Of a stretch of DNA of 58,328 bases, positions 1-10,110 are shown in pieces. The stretch covers positions 1 through 58,328 of the forward strand of contig CAVPJD010000021.1 in the NCBI GenBank assembly GCA_963705165.1. The letters are read 5' to 3'. Source of the DNA: an uncultured delta proteobacterium (GTDB lineage: Bacteria; Desulfobacterota; Syntrophia; Syntrophales; UBA2192). The position numbers and the translations under genes were made by a program. Numbering within the stretch: position 1 is the first letter of the stretch; every line of letters starts with the position of its first letter. The notes under the pieces were generated by a model. The model saw only the letters and a list, made by a program, of their open reading frames with translations. It did not search any database and was not told the origin of the DNA.

Positions 1-345
1 TGGTATCTCTTCGAGACAACCCTTGTGCCCCGCTCGGGAGGAGGCACCTGGCCCGCGGAGCGGTGCAGCATCCCCATGAACGATCTGCTGCCTTATTTCT
101 GCGGGAAGGCAAGGCAATTGGCCCTGGACAATGCGCAGATATTGAAGTCCAAGGGCATCAAGATCTACGCGATCGGCCTTGGGTCGAGCGAAATCGACGA
201 AACTTATCTGAGGAACCTTTCGAGCGACTGCAATGGTGGCACTTGCTCAGGATATAACTTCACGTTCAAAGTCACCACGGCGGCCGAACTGGAGCCCGTC
301 TTCAACAAGATTGCAAAAGACATCAAGCTCAGGCTCGTGTACTAG
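1..345 (+). CDS. C-terminal part of a vWA-domain TadG-like pilus assembly protein (5' truncated by window)
   Basis: Frame open from base 1. Ends KSKGIKIYAIGLG...YLRNLSS...ELEPVFNKIAKDIKLRLVY, typical of a vWA C-terminus. Directly upstream of cpaE/cpaF. Confidence 0.75.
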   Translation, partial: WYLFETTLVPRSGGGTWPAERCSIPMNDLLPYFCGKARQLALDNAQILKSKGIKIYAIGLGSSEIDETYLRNLSSDCNGGTCSGYNFTFKVTTAAELEPVFNKIAKDIKLRLVY

Positions 346-380
346 CAGGCACATCGTCTGAATCTCTCGAGGTGAATGGA

Positions 381-1556
381 ATGCCGAATCGGAACAAAAC
401 GGTCAAACTTGAAATCAAAAACGAGAGGATCCGGGATCAGTTCGCGGCCGTGATTACCTCGATGGAGGGCTACCTGGTGCGGCGAAGCGACGACCCGCTC
501 CCCCCGGACCTCCTGATCCTGGAGATGAGCGATGACCCCGCCAGGGACTTCGAATTCCTGAAGCGGACGAAGGACGCAGGCGGGGCGCGGGAATTTTTTC
601 TGACGTCTAAAACTGTGAGTCCCGATGTCCTCATCCAGTCCCTGCGGCTGGGCGTGAAGGAATTTTTCCCCCAGCCCGTCAATGAGGCCGATGTGCGCGC
701 GGCTCTCTCGAGGATCCGTGACGGCATGGCAACACCACCTCCCTCGGCCGTCGGGCCCCAGCGGAAAGGCCAGATCATCAATATTTTCGGCGGTAAGGGC
801 GGCGTCGGGACGACGACGATCGCCGTCAACCTCGCCGACAGCATGGCCCGCCTGGAACCGCCGCCCGCGGTCGCCCTCATCGACATGAACCGCCTCTTCG
901 GCGAGATCCCGCTCTTTCTCGGCATGGACCATGCCTTCAGCTGGGTGGACGTTTCGAAGAACATCGCCCGCCTCGACGCCACGTACCTGTCCGGCATCCT
1001 TTATCGCCACCGGTCGGGTCTCCGGGTGCTGCCCTCGCCGGAGCGGATGGACGACGAGTTCAAGGTGACACCCCAGATCATCGAAACGCTGCTGCGCTTC
1101 ATGCGCACCATGTTCGACTACGTCATCATCGACAGCGGCCAGTCCATGGACGACATCTCGAAGATGATCCTGCGGCTCTCCGACAAGGTCCTGCTGATCT
1201 CGGTGCTGAGCCTTCCATGCCTGATCACCGTGAAGAAGATCCTCAACACGTTCCGCAACCTCGGCTACCCCCCGGAGCCCAGCGTGGAGGTGGTCGTCAA
1301 CCGCTTCGAGCGCAAATCCATTATCAGCCTCAAGGAGGCCGAGGAGAGCATCGGCAAGAAGGCCTTCTGGGTCGTGCCCAACGACTTTCAGCTTTCGATG
1401 AACGCCGTCAACCAGGGCAAGCCCCTCTCCCTGGTCGACGGAAACGCCGAGATCACCCGGGCGATCCGGGACATGGCGGCCACCGTCGCCGGCAGACGGC
1501 AGGGGGACGTGAAAGACAAGGACAAACGCGCATTCCTGGGGATGAAGCTCTACTAA
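381..1556 (+). CDS. cpaE: Flp/Tad pilus assembly protein CpaE/TadZ (degenerate receiver domain plus MinD/ParA-like ATPase)
   Basis: Deviant Walker A GGKGGVGTTT, ALIDMN and FDYVIIDSG motifs, C-terminal AVNQGKPL. Tad context. Confidence 0.9.
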   Translation: MPNRNKTVKLEIKNERIRDQFAAVITSMEGYLVRRSDDPLPPDLLILEMSDDPARDFEFLKRTKDAGGAREFFLTSKTVSPDVLIQSLRLGVKEFFPQPVNEADVRAALSRIRDGMATPPPSAVGPQRKGQIINIFGGKGGVGTTTIAVNLADSMARLEPPPAVALIDMNRLFGEIPLFLGMDHAFSWVDVSKNIARLDATYLSGILYRHRSGLRVLPSPERMDDEFKVTPQIIETLLRFMRTMFDYVIIDSGQSMDDISKMILRLSDKVLLISVLSLPCLITVKKILNTFRNLGYPPEPSVEVVVNRFERKSIISLKEAEESIGKKAFWVVPNDFQLSMNAVNQGKPLSLVDGNAEITRAIRDMAATVAGRRQGDVKDKDKRAFLGMKLY

Positions 1557-1572
1557 GATGTGAAAGAGGGAT

Positions 1573-1635
1573 GTCATGCCCGTGAAAACGGGCATCCAGA
1601 AGTCTATCCTGGATTCCCTCTCCCGAGGGAATGAC
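1573..1635. repeat. REP-like double-hairpin palindromic element (GTCAT...CCAG/CTGG...ATGAC)
   Basis: GTCATGCCCGTGAAAACGGGCATCCAG-spacer-CTGGATTCCCTCTCCCGAGGGAATGAC. A related nested copy lies at 44005-44110. Confidence 0.7.
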
Positions 1636-1722
1636 AGCGTCGAGGCACCGTATCTGCAGGCTCACGTCAGGCGCTTCGTGGAATTTAACCGGAAGGGATT
1701 AAGAAAAAAGAGGACAAATAGA

Positions 1723-3045
<1,323 letters not shown>

Positions 3046-3063
3046 TTCCGGGAGAGTGCAGCA

Positions 3064-4035
3064 ATGGATCTCATCCTTTTCACAGGCATTTTCATCGTCG
3101 TCCTGGTCCTGACCCAGGCGGTGTTCCTGCTTGTCCGGAGCCGCTTCAACCCAGAGGTGGTCCGGCTCAAGCGGGAGATCGGAGCCCTCTCGGCGGGCCG
3201 CAACGGTGCAAGCGGGGTCGACATCGTCAAGAAGAGGACCCTGAGCCAGATTCCCTGGTTCAACAAGATCCTCGTGAATCTCCAGGCGCCGACGATCAGC
3301 CGCCTGGAGCGGCTCCACCAGCAAGCCTATGTAAGACAGCCCCTGGGCTTTTTCATCCTTCTGTCGGTGGCCACGGCGGCGGGCGGATTATATCTGACGT
3401 TTCTTCTGAGCCGGAGCGTGCTGGCGGCCCTCGTCGCCGCGGGGCTGGCGGCCCTCCTTCCCTGGGTCTACCTGTCCTTCAGGAAGAATAGACGGCTCCG
3501 GGATTTCGAGCGACAGCTCCCCGACGCCCTCGACATGATCGCCCGGGCCCTCAAGGCGGGGCACGCCCTCACGGGCGGCTTCCAGATGGTGGCCATGGAA
3601 TTTGCCGACCCGGCCCGGACCGAGTTCCGCAAGACGCTCGACGAGGTCAACTTCGGCCTGAGCTATGAGGAAGCCCTGCGCAACATGTCCGAACGCTTCG
3701 ACTGCGCCGATCTGAAATTTTTCGTCCTGTCGGTGATCATCCAGCGGCAGAGCGGCGGCAACATGGCCGAGATCCTCGAGAAGATCGGCAGCCTGATCCG
3801 GGAGCGTTTCAAGCTCTTCGGCAAGGTCAAGGCCTTGACGGGAGAGGCCAGGATATCGGCCGTCATCCTTACGATCCTTCCTTTTGCGATTGCGGCGGTC
3901 ATCTACTTCCTGAACAGGGCCTATATCGAGACCCTGTTCAGGGAGCCCGTGGGCCAGATCATGGTCGGCGCAGCCGCGGTCATGATGATCCTGGGCATTA
4001 TCGTCATGAGAAGGATGGTCATCTTCGAGGTTTGA
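3064..4035 (+). CDS. tadB: Tad inner membrane platform protein TadB
   Basis: QLPDALDMIARALKAGH and IQRQSGGNMAEIL, T2SSF domain, follows cpaF. Confidence 0.92.
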   Translation: MDLILFTGIFIVVLVLTQAVFLLVRSRFNPEVVRLKREIGALSAGRNGASGVDIVKKRTLSQIPWFNKILVNLQAPTISRLERLHQQAYVRQPLGFFILLSVATAAGGLYLTFLLSRSVLAALVAAGLAALLPWVYLSFRKNRRLRDFERQLPDALDMIARALKAGHALTGGFQMVAMEFADPARTEFRKTLDEVNFGLSYEEALRNMSERFDCADLKFFVLSVIIQRQSGGNMAEILEKIGSLIRERFKLFGKVKALTGEARISAVILTILPFAIAAVIYFLNRAYIETLFREPVGQIMVGAAAVMMILGIIVMRRMVIFEV

Positions 4036-4048
4036 AAGGGGTATTCGC

Positions 4049-5008
4049 ATGTTTGACATGGCAATCGTCGTCTCGGCGCTGGTATTTTTCGGCACACTGC
4101 TGCTTTGCCTCGGAGGCTTCTACGTTCTGAAGTCCCGACGGGAGCATGCTGGGCTCGTCGAGAAGGTGAAAACGGGAGGTCTGGCGAGCCGGGCGGGAGA
4201 CTTTGTCCCCGATGCGCCTGAAACGGGCAGTTCCATGAGGAACGTATTCCTGAAGACGTCGATCTGGGCCGGCAGAATGGCGCGACCGAAGGAAAACGGC
4301 GATGATGGATCCCAGTTGAGAAAACTCTTTCTCAATGCGGGCATTCGCCATCCCAGCGCCTCAGCCGTGTTCTGGGGGGCCAAGGTGCTCTGCGCCGCGG
4401 CGCTGCCCGCCCTGGCGTTTTTCCTTCGCGCGTTTTCGGACAAACCGCTGCTCCAGTTCCAGATGCTTGCCATCCTGGGCGTGCTGGCCCTGCTGGGGTT
4501 CTATCTCCCGGACTTTTATCTCAAGCTGAAGATCCGCCGGCGCAAAGACAAAATCGTCAAGGGGTTCCCCGACGCCCTCGACCTGCTCGTGGTCTGCGTC
4601 GAGGCGGGGATGGGGCTCGACGCCGCCATCAACCGCGTGGCCGAGGAGATCCGGTTGAGCAGCCAGGTGATCAGCGACGAGTTCAAGCTCCTCAACCTGG
4701 AGCTGCGTGCCGGGAAATCGCGCATCGAGGCCTTGAGAAACCTCGGCGTGCGGACGGACGTGGAAGAAGTCCGTAGCTTTACCACGCTGCTCATCCAGAC
4801 GGATCGTTTCGGCACCAGCGTAGCCCAGGCCCTCCGGGTGCACTCCGATTCGATGAGGGTCCAGCGCTACCAGAGGGCCGAGGAACTGGCCAGCAAGCTG
4901 CCGGTGAAGCTGATGATCCCGTTGATCTTCTTCATCTTCCCGGCCATATTCGTGGTCGTCGTGGGGCCGGCAGCTATCCAGATCTATCACACCATTATTG
5001 CGCGTTAG
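4049..5008 (+). CDS. tadC: Tad inner membrane platform protein TadC
   Basis: FPDALDLLVVCVEAGMGLDAA, QTDRFGTSVAQALR, AEELASKLPVKL. Confidence 0.92.
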   Translation: MFDMAIVVSALVFFGTLLLCLGGFYVLKSRREHAGLVEKVKTGGLASRAGDFVPDAPETGSSMRNVFLKTSIWAGRMARPKENGDDGSQLRKLFLNAGIRHPSASAVFWGAKVLCAAALPALAFFLRAFSDKPLLQFQMLAILGVLALLGFYLPDFYLKLKIRRRKDKIVKGFPDALDLLVVCVEAGMGLDAAINRVAEEIRLSSQVISDEFKLLNLELRAGKSRIEALRNLGVRTDVEEVRSFTTLLIQTDRFGTSVAQALRVHSDSMRVQRYQRAEELASKLPVKLMIPLIFFIFPAIFVVVVGPAAIQIYHTIIAR

Positions 5009-5018
5009 GAGGGGTTCC

Positions 5019-6128
5019 ATGAGCCGTATGACTCGTCTTATTCTGATTGCAGCGGTTGCCATTATGTTCGTATCCGTGAACAGCTGCAGTGTCGTGAACT
5101 ATTTCTCGGGCTACGTGAAGTCCTGGGAATCGAAGGCACCCGGCCGGGACACCCTGGCAAACGGCATGAACCGCTTCGTCGGGTCGGTGAGGGCCTCCCG
5201 GGGAAACCCCGATGCGCACTATCTTCTCGGGGACTTCCACCAGGGACGGGGCCGACACCGCGAGGCGATCACGGAGTTTAACAAGGCTATCGGGATCGAT
5301 CCAATGTTCGTGAAGGCCTACAACGGGATCGCCGTTTCGCTGGACCAGATGGGCGAACATGAAAGGGCCCAGGAGTACTACCAGGCCGCCCTGGCGGTCA
5401 AGCCTGACCTCGATTACCTGTACAACAACCTGGGCTATTCCTTCCTGCTGCAGGAGCGCTACGAGGAGGCCGCGGCGGCCTTCGAGAAGGCTGACTCCCT
5501 CGCGGGTGGACAGGTGAGCCGCATCCGCAACAACCTGGCCCTGGCCAACAGCGCCCTCGGGAAGGTAGGCCCTGATTCAGTGGCCGCCGCTCCCAAACAC
5601 CAGGCCCTCATCGAGTACGCCGCTGCCAATCACCTCCTGAAAAACGGCGGCTTCGAAGAGGCTCGCGAACATTACGGGAAGGCCCTGACGCTGGACCCGG
5701 ATCTGCGCGGGGCGCGCAAGGGCGCGGAAGTGGCCACCCTGCTTGCCGACGTGAAGCAGTACATGGATCGTGAAAGTTCCCGCGCGACCGCGGGGCAGGA
5801 TAGTCCGGTCATCCTCGCCAGGGACGGCATCGAGATCTCCAACGGAAACGGCGTGTCCGGCATGGCGAAGGAGGTGGGCGGCTTTCTTAAGAAGCAGGGC
5901 TTCAACGTCGTGCGTCTCACGAATGCCGACCATTACCAGTACGCAAAGGCAAGCGTCTACTACAGGGGCGATGCGGAGTTTACGGCTCTCCAGATCAAGG
6001 GGGCCATTCCGGGCATCACGCAGATGAAAAAGGTCGGCGGTTTCGATCGCGACGGCGTCAAGGTGAGAGTTCTCGTGGGCCGGGATCTGGCCGGTGAGAG
6101 AAACACCTTTAAAGAAGGGGAAAATTGA
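5019..6128 (+). CDS. TPR-repeat (TadD-like) lipoprotein with a C-terminal LytR_C domain
   Basis: Signal peptide ending VNSC. TPR motifs AYNGIAVSLD and YNNLGYSF. C-terminal IEISNGNGVSGMA...VRVLVGRD is LytR_C-like. Confidence 0.75.
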   Translation: MSRMTRLILIAAVAIMFVSVNSCSVVNYFSGYVKSWESKAPGRDTLANGMNRFVGSVRASRGNPDAHYLLGDFHQGRGRHREAITEFNKAIGIDPMFVKAYNGIAVSLDQMGEHERAQEYYQAALAVKPDLDYLYNNLGYSFLLQERYEEAAAAFEKADSLAGGQVSRIRNNLALANSALGKVGPDSVAAAPKHQALIEYAAANHLLKNGGFEEAREHYGKALTLDPDLRGARKGAEVATLLADVKQYMDRESSRATAGQDSPVILARDGIEISNGNGVSGMAKEVGGFLKKQGFNVVRLTNADHYQYAKASVYYRGDAEFTALQIKGAIPGITQMKKVGGFDRDGVKVRVLVGRDLAGERNTFKEGEN

Positions 6129-7096
6129 TGAAAACCAACCGGATCAAGCCGGTCCTCCTGCTGATGGCGGTGTTGTTGGTCACGGCTGCTCTTTCCGGCT
6201 GCGCGTCCTCGGGCACGAAAGACACCGCCGTGAGGGACGAGTACAAGCGAATGCTCGAGATGCAGAAAAGCGCCGAGGCCGCCCGCAGTAACGAGGACGT
6301 GCTCAAGAATATCCCCGATGCGGATGCCCGCGGTCTCGAGCAGATCGGGGACAATTACGTGCGGCAGGGAAACCCGACGATGGCTTTCCTGCAATACGAA
6401 AAGGCGCTGGGCAAGGACCCGCAACTACAGAGCGCGCGGTACAAGAAGGGGATGCTCCTGCTGAGCCGGGGAATGAACGAGGAGGCCCTGAAGGCATTCG
6501 ACGAGATCCTGGCCCAGGACCCCCGGAACGCGCTGGCCCTGGAAGGCCGCGGGCGTGTCAAGATGGCAACGGGCGACATCGACGGGTCCCTGGAAAGCTA
6601 CGACAAGGCCCTGGCCGCCGACCCGAAGCTGTGGCAGGTCCACGCCCTCAAGGGGTATGTGCACGACCAGAGAAGGAACTACGATGCGGCCATCGCGGAA
6701 TATGAGAAAGCCATCGCCATCAATGCAAAATCGAGCCTGCTGTTCAACAACCTGGGCATGTCCTTTTACATGAAGAAAGACTATCCGAAGGCCATCGACG
6801 CCTACGTAAAGGCCGTTCGCATCGACAGCACGAACCGCCGGGTGTTCAACAATATGGGGCTTGCCCTTTTCAAGCTCGGGCGCTATGACGATGCCCTGCT
6901 TGCCTTCAAACAGGGCGGCGACGAGGCCGGCGCCTACAACAATATGGGGTGCCTCTATATGGCGGCCGGGAAATACGCCGAGGCAAAAAAGGCCTTCGAG
7001 AAGGCCATTAGCATGAAGCCGAACTATTTCGCCAAGGCCCAAGAGAATCTCAAGAAGGCCGAAGCGGCCATGACGACAGGTCCGGCGATTCAATGA
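6128..7096 (+). CDS. TPR-repeat lipoprotein, TadD-like
   Basis: Lipobox LSGC and multiple TPRs (FNNLGMSFY, FNNMGLAL, YNNMGCLY). Confidence 0.85.
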   Translation: MKTNRIKPVLLLMAVLLVTAALSGCASSGTKDTAVRDEYKRMLEMQKSAEAARSNEDVLKNIPDADARGLEQIGDNYVRQGNPTMAFLQYEKALGKDPQLQSARYKKGMLLLSRGMNEEALKAFDEILAQDPRNALALEGRGRVKMATGDIDGSLESYDKALAADPKLWQVHALKGYVHDQRRNYDAAIAEYEKAIAINAKSSLLFNNLGMSFYMKKDYPKAIDAYVKAVRIDSTNRRVFNNMGLALFKLGRYDDALLAFKQGGDEAGAYNNMGCLYMAAGKYAEAKKAFEKAISMKPNYFAKAQENLKKAEAAMTTGPAIQ

Positions 7097-7518
7097 AGAG
7101 GATGTCGTAACGATGCAAGGTGCAGGTAGCCTAGTTTGCCTGCCCTTGCTGACTGATGCTCTTTCCGTCCATATTCTCCTGCACATCTCGCCGACATCGA
7201 TGCGTCTCGATCTTTTCCCTCTGCCATCGTGTCCGATTGCCATCGTCCGGGACTGTTCATTGCGCCCACGGCCTCGGAGATCTGCTGCAGTGCGTTCCTT
7301 GTCGGCGATACGGCATATTCTGAGGAACCCCGCTCCGGGGTATGGTTTTTGCTGCAAGATCTGTTGCTCGTACATGGCACTTCCCCGGATATCGTAGGTT
7401 TTGTGCTGGAATACCCGGGCGATTCAATAGGGAAAAATGATGCAACCGGGCGAAACTCCGAGTCGGAAGTCCGTCGCTCGACGAAGAAAACTCTTTTTTG
7501 AAAAGGAGATCCCCGACC

Positions 7519-8763
7519 ATGACCGCCGCTAAGATAGTTGTTTCCAGATCCATCGAACAAACGGGGATCCGCAAGAATCTTCTTGAGGACCTCGCGCTCA
7601 AGATCATCTATCTCGTGGGGGAGATATCCCTGAACGAGCTGGCGCGCCAGATGGGGCTTTCCCACAAGATAGCGGAGGAGTTGTTCGGGCGCCTGCGCAA
7701 GGATCAACTCTGCCAGGTCACCGGCATGACCGGTGGCACGCACCGTGTCGTCGCTTCCTCGGGAGGGAGATCCCGGGCCCTGGAGCTGCTTGCCCAGAAC
7801 CAGTACGTCGGTCCCGCGCCCGTGTCGCTCGAGGACTATGTCGATCGTATCCGTGCGCAGAGCGTGCTCGACAACCAGATCACCCCGGAAGATGTCACTC
7901 GCGCCTTCGAAGACCTGGTGCTCGACAGCAAGACCCTGCATCAGCTCGGCGTTGCGGCGACGTCCGGCCGGGGCATTTTTCTCTACGGGCCGACGGGGAC
8001 GGGCAAGACGACCATCGCCGAGACGCTCACCCGACTCTTCGACCAGGACCCCGTCTGGGTCCCTTACGCGGTAGAGGTGGACGGTCAGATCATCACCGTT
8101 TACGATCCTATGCTGCATCAGCGCCTCGAGCAGACCGCGGACCCCGAACAGGACGGCCGCTGGGTGAGGTGCCGCCGGCCCCGAATGATGGTGGGAGGCG
8201 AGCTGACCATTGAAATGCTTGATCTCCAGTTTAACTCCAGCACCCGGTTCTACACGGGACCGGTCCAGATGAAGTCCAACAACGGCGTGCTGATTATCGA
8301 CGACTTCGGCCGCCAGCGCGTCAGTCCCGAGGAGTTGCTCAACCGCTGGGTGGTCCCGCTGGACCGCCGGATCGACTTTATTACGCTGGCAGGCGGCAGG
8401 AAAATCGAAATCCCCTTCGACCTGCTGGTAGTCTTTGCCACCAACCTCGATCCGGCCAAACTGGTGGACGAGGCGTTTCTTCGCCGCATTCAGACGAAAA
8501 TAAAGATCGACTTCATGACCCCCGACCAATTCCGCGAGATCTTCAGGCGTCTCTGCGAGCGGCACGAGCTCCATTACGAGGCGGAACTGGCCGACGGCCT
8601 GATCCGGATGATCGAACAGGAATACAAGGAACCCCTGCGGGCCTGCTACCCGCGGGACATCCTTCAGCAGGTCCTCTGGATGGCCCAGTACAGGCAGAAA
8701 GAACCCGCGCTCGACCGCAAGGGCCTCGAGAATGCCTGCCAGAATTACTTCCTGGCGCTCTAA
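7519..8763 (+). CDS. AAA+ ATPase with an N-terminal winged-helix-like segment
   Basis: SD AAGGAG, Walker A YGPTGTGKT, Walker B LIIDDFG, VFATN, DEAFLRRI arginine finger. Confidence 0.85.
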   Translation: MTAAKIVVSRSIEQTGIRKNLLEDLALKIIYLVGEISLNELARQMGLSHKIAEELFGRLRKDQLCQVTGMTGGTHRVVASSGGRSRALELLAQNQYVGPAPVSLEDYVDRIRAQSVLDNQITPEDVTRAFEDLVLDSKTLHQLGVAATSGRGIFLYGPTGTGKTTIAETLTRLFDQDPVWVPYAVEVDGQIITVYDPMLHQRLEQTADPEQDGRWVRCRRPRMMVGGELTIEMLDLQFNSSTRFYTGPVQMKSNNGVLIIDDFGRQRVSPEELLNRWVVPLDRRIDFITLAGGRKIEIPFDLLVVFATNLDPAKLVDEAFLRRIQTKIKIDFMTPDQFREIFRRLCERHELHYEAELADGLIRMIEQEYKEPLRACYPRDILQQVLWMAQYRQKEPALDRKGLENACQNYFLAL

Positions 8764-8777
8764 CGGATACCCCGGCG

Positions 8778-8806
8778 GGCAAAGGCATTGCGATGCCTTT
8801 GCCTTT
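8778..8806 (+). terminator. Putative intrinsic terminator
   Basis: GGCAAAGGCAT-TGCG-ATGCCTTTGCC followed by TTT, just after the ATPase stop. A second perfect 12-bp hairpin lies at 8848-8875. Confidence 0.6.
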
Positions 8807-8925
8807 CCCTGCAGGGGGTATAGCAATGATAGGAAGCGCATGACAATAAATGCTCGCCCTAATGGGCGAGCATTTTGCAGTAGCAGTTGTTCTGAATATT
8901 TTTCCTACTCGCATTAGGGGCCTAT

Positions 8926-10047
8926 ATGAAATCAATGCATTGCCTTAGCATCATCGTCCCCTGTTATAACGAAGAAAAAACATTGGAAAAATGTATTTCT
9001 AAGGTTCTAGGCATTGAGGATGATGAATTAAGATTAGAAATCATAATAGTAGATGATTGCTCAACAGATCGTAGTTTCGAGATTTCCGGTCGGCTCGCCT
9101 TGGCCTATTCAAATATCATCGTTTTGCACCAAAGCGTAAATAGAGGAAAGGGTGCAGCCATTCGGGCCGGAATTAAAGCTGCAACAGGTGATTTTCTTGC
9201 TATCCAGGATGCCGATCTTGAATATGATCCGCAGGATTTAAAAAGATTGCTTGAGCCATTAAAGAAAGATTACGCAGATGTCGTCTACGGGTCTCGTTTT
9301 TTATCCAGCGGAGCGCATCGTGTTTTGTACTTCTGGCATTCGATGGGTAATAAGTTTCTTACCACCTTGTCTAACATGCTTACTGATCTGAATCTGACTG
9401 ATATGGAAACATGCTACAAAGTATTCAAAAGAGAAGTCATTCAGAGCATTGACATTAAGGAGAACCGTTTTGGATTTGAACCTGAGATTACTGCGAAAGT
9501 AGCGCAGATGAGACTAAGAATCTACGAAATGGGAATCTCTTATTTCGGCAGAACATATGCAGAAGGAAAAAAAATTGGAATTCGTGATGGCTTCAGAGCA
9601 ATCTATTGCGTCTTAAAATACAACTTGAATAAGGTGCCTTGGCCTATACAGTTCTTGTTTTATCTTTTCATTGGTGGTGCAGCAGCGATTTTGAACCTTA
9701 TTTTATTCCTGTTATTTCTACAGCTTAATATTTCAACGAACTTATCTATTGCGGCAGCATTCATTATAGCTGCTCTATTTAATTATTATCTCTGTATAGT
9801 GATATTATTCAGGCATCAGGCGCGATGGCGGTCGGCAACTGAATTTATTATTTTTTTAATCATTGTGCTGTGCGTCGGTGTAATTGACTTGCTATGCACA
9901 AAATATTTATTGCAGGCAAACTTTACTCCATCACTATCAAAAATGACTTCTACTGGATTCGGGTTAGTTCTTAATTTTGCCGGGAGAAAATGGATTGTAT
10001 TTCCAGAACCCGGTAATCCAGATTGGAGACCTCAGAATTTAAAATGA
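8926..10047 (+). CDS. GT2 polyprenol-phosphate glycosyltransferase fused to a GtrA-like membrane domain
   Basis: SIIVPCYNEE, VDDCSTD, GKGAA, QDADLEYDP, DMETCYK, FGFEPE motifs. Hydrophobic 4-TM C-terminus (FNYYL...FRH, LNFAGRKWIVF). AT-rich. Confidence 0.9.
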   Translation: MKSMHCLSIIVPCYNEEKTLEKCISKVLGIEDDELRLEIIIVDDCSTDRSFEISGRLALAYSNIIVLHQSVNRGKGAAIRAGIKAATGDFLAIQDADLEYDPQDLKRLLEPLKKDYADVVYGSRFLSSGAHRVLYFWHSMGNKFLTTLSNMLTDLNLTDMETCYKVFKREVIQSIDIKENRFGFEPEITAKVAQMRLRIYEMGISYFGRTYAEGKKIGIRDGFRAIYCVLKYNLNKVPWPIQFLFYLFIGGAAAILNLILFLLFLQLNISTNLSIAAAFIIAALFNYYLCIVILFRHQARWRSATEFIIFLIIVLCVGVIDLLCTKYLLQANFTPSLSKMTSTGFGLVLNFAGRKWIVFPEPGNPDWRPQNLK

Positions 10048-10110
10048 ATCACGAATATTGAAAAAGAAATATAGCACCCGTCAATCGCATAAGCGATAAA
10101 TACCTCAGAA

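Noticed and set aside
1576..1722. 49-aa N-terminal extension of CpaF
   Set aside because: It translates a REP-like palindrome. A better SD and ATG exist at 1723.
7097..7500. Possible small gene or riboswitch between the TPR gene and the ATPase
   Set aside because: Several short frames, none with a convincing SD or motif. No recognisable riboswitch consensus.
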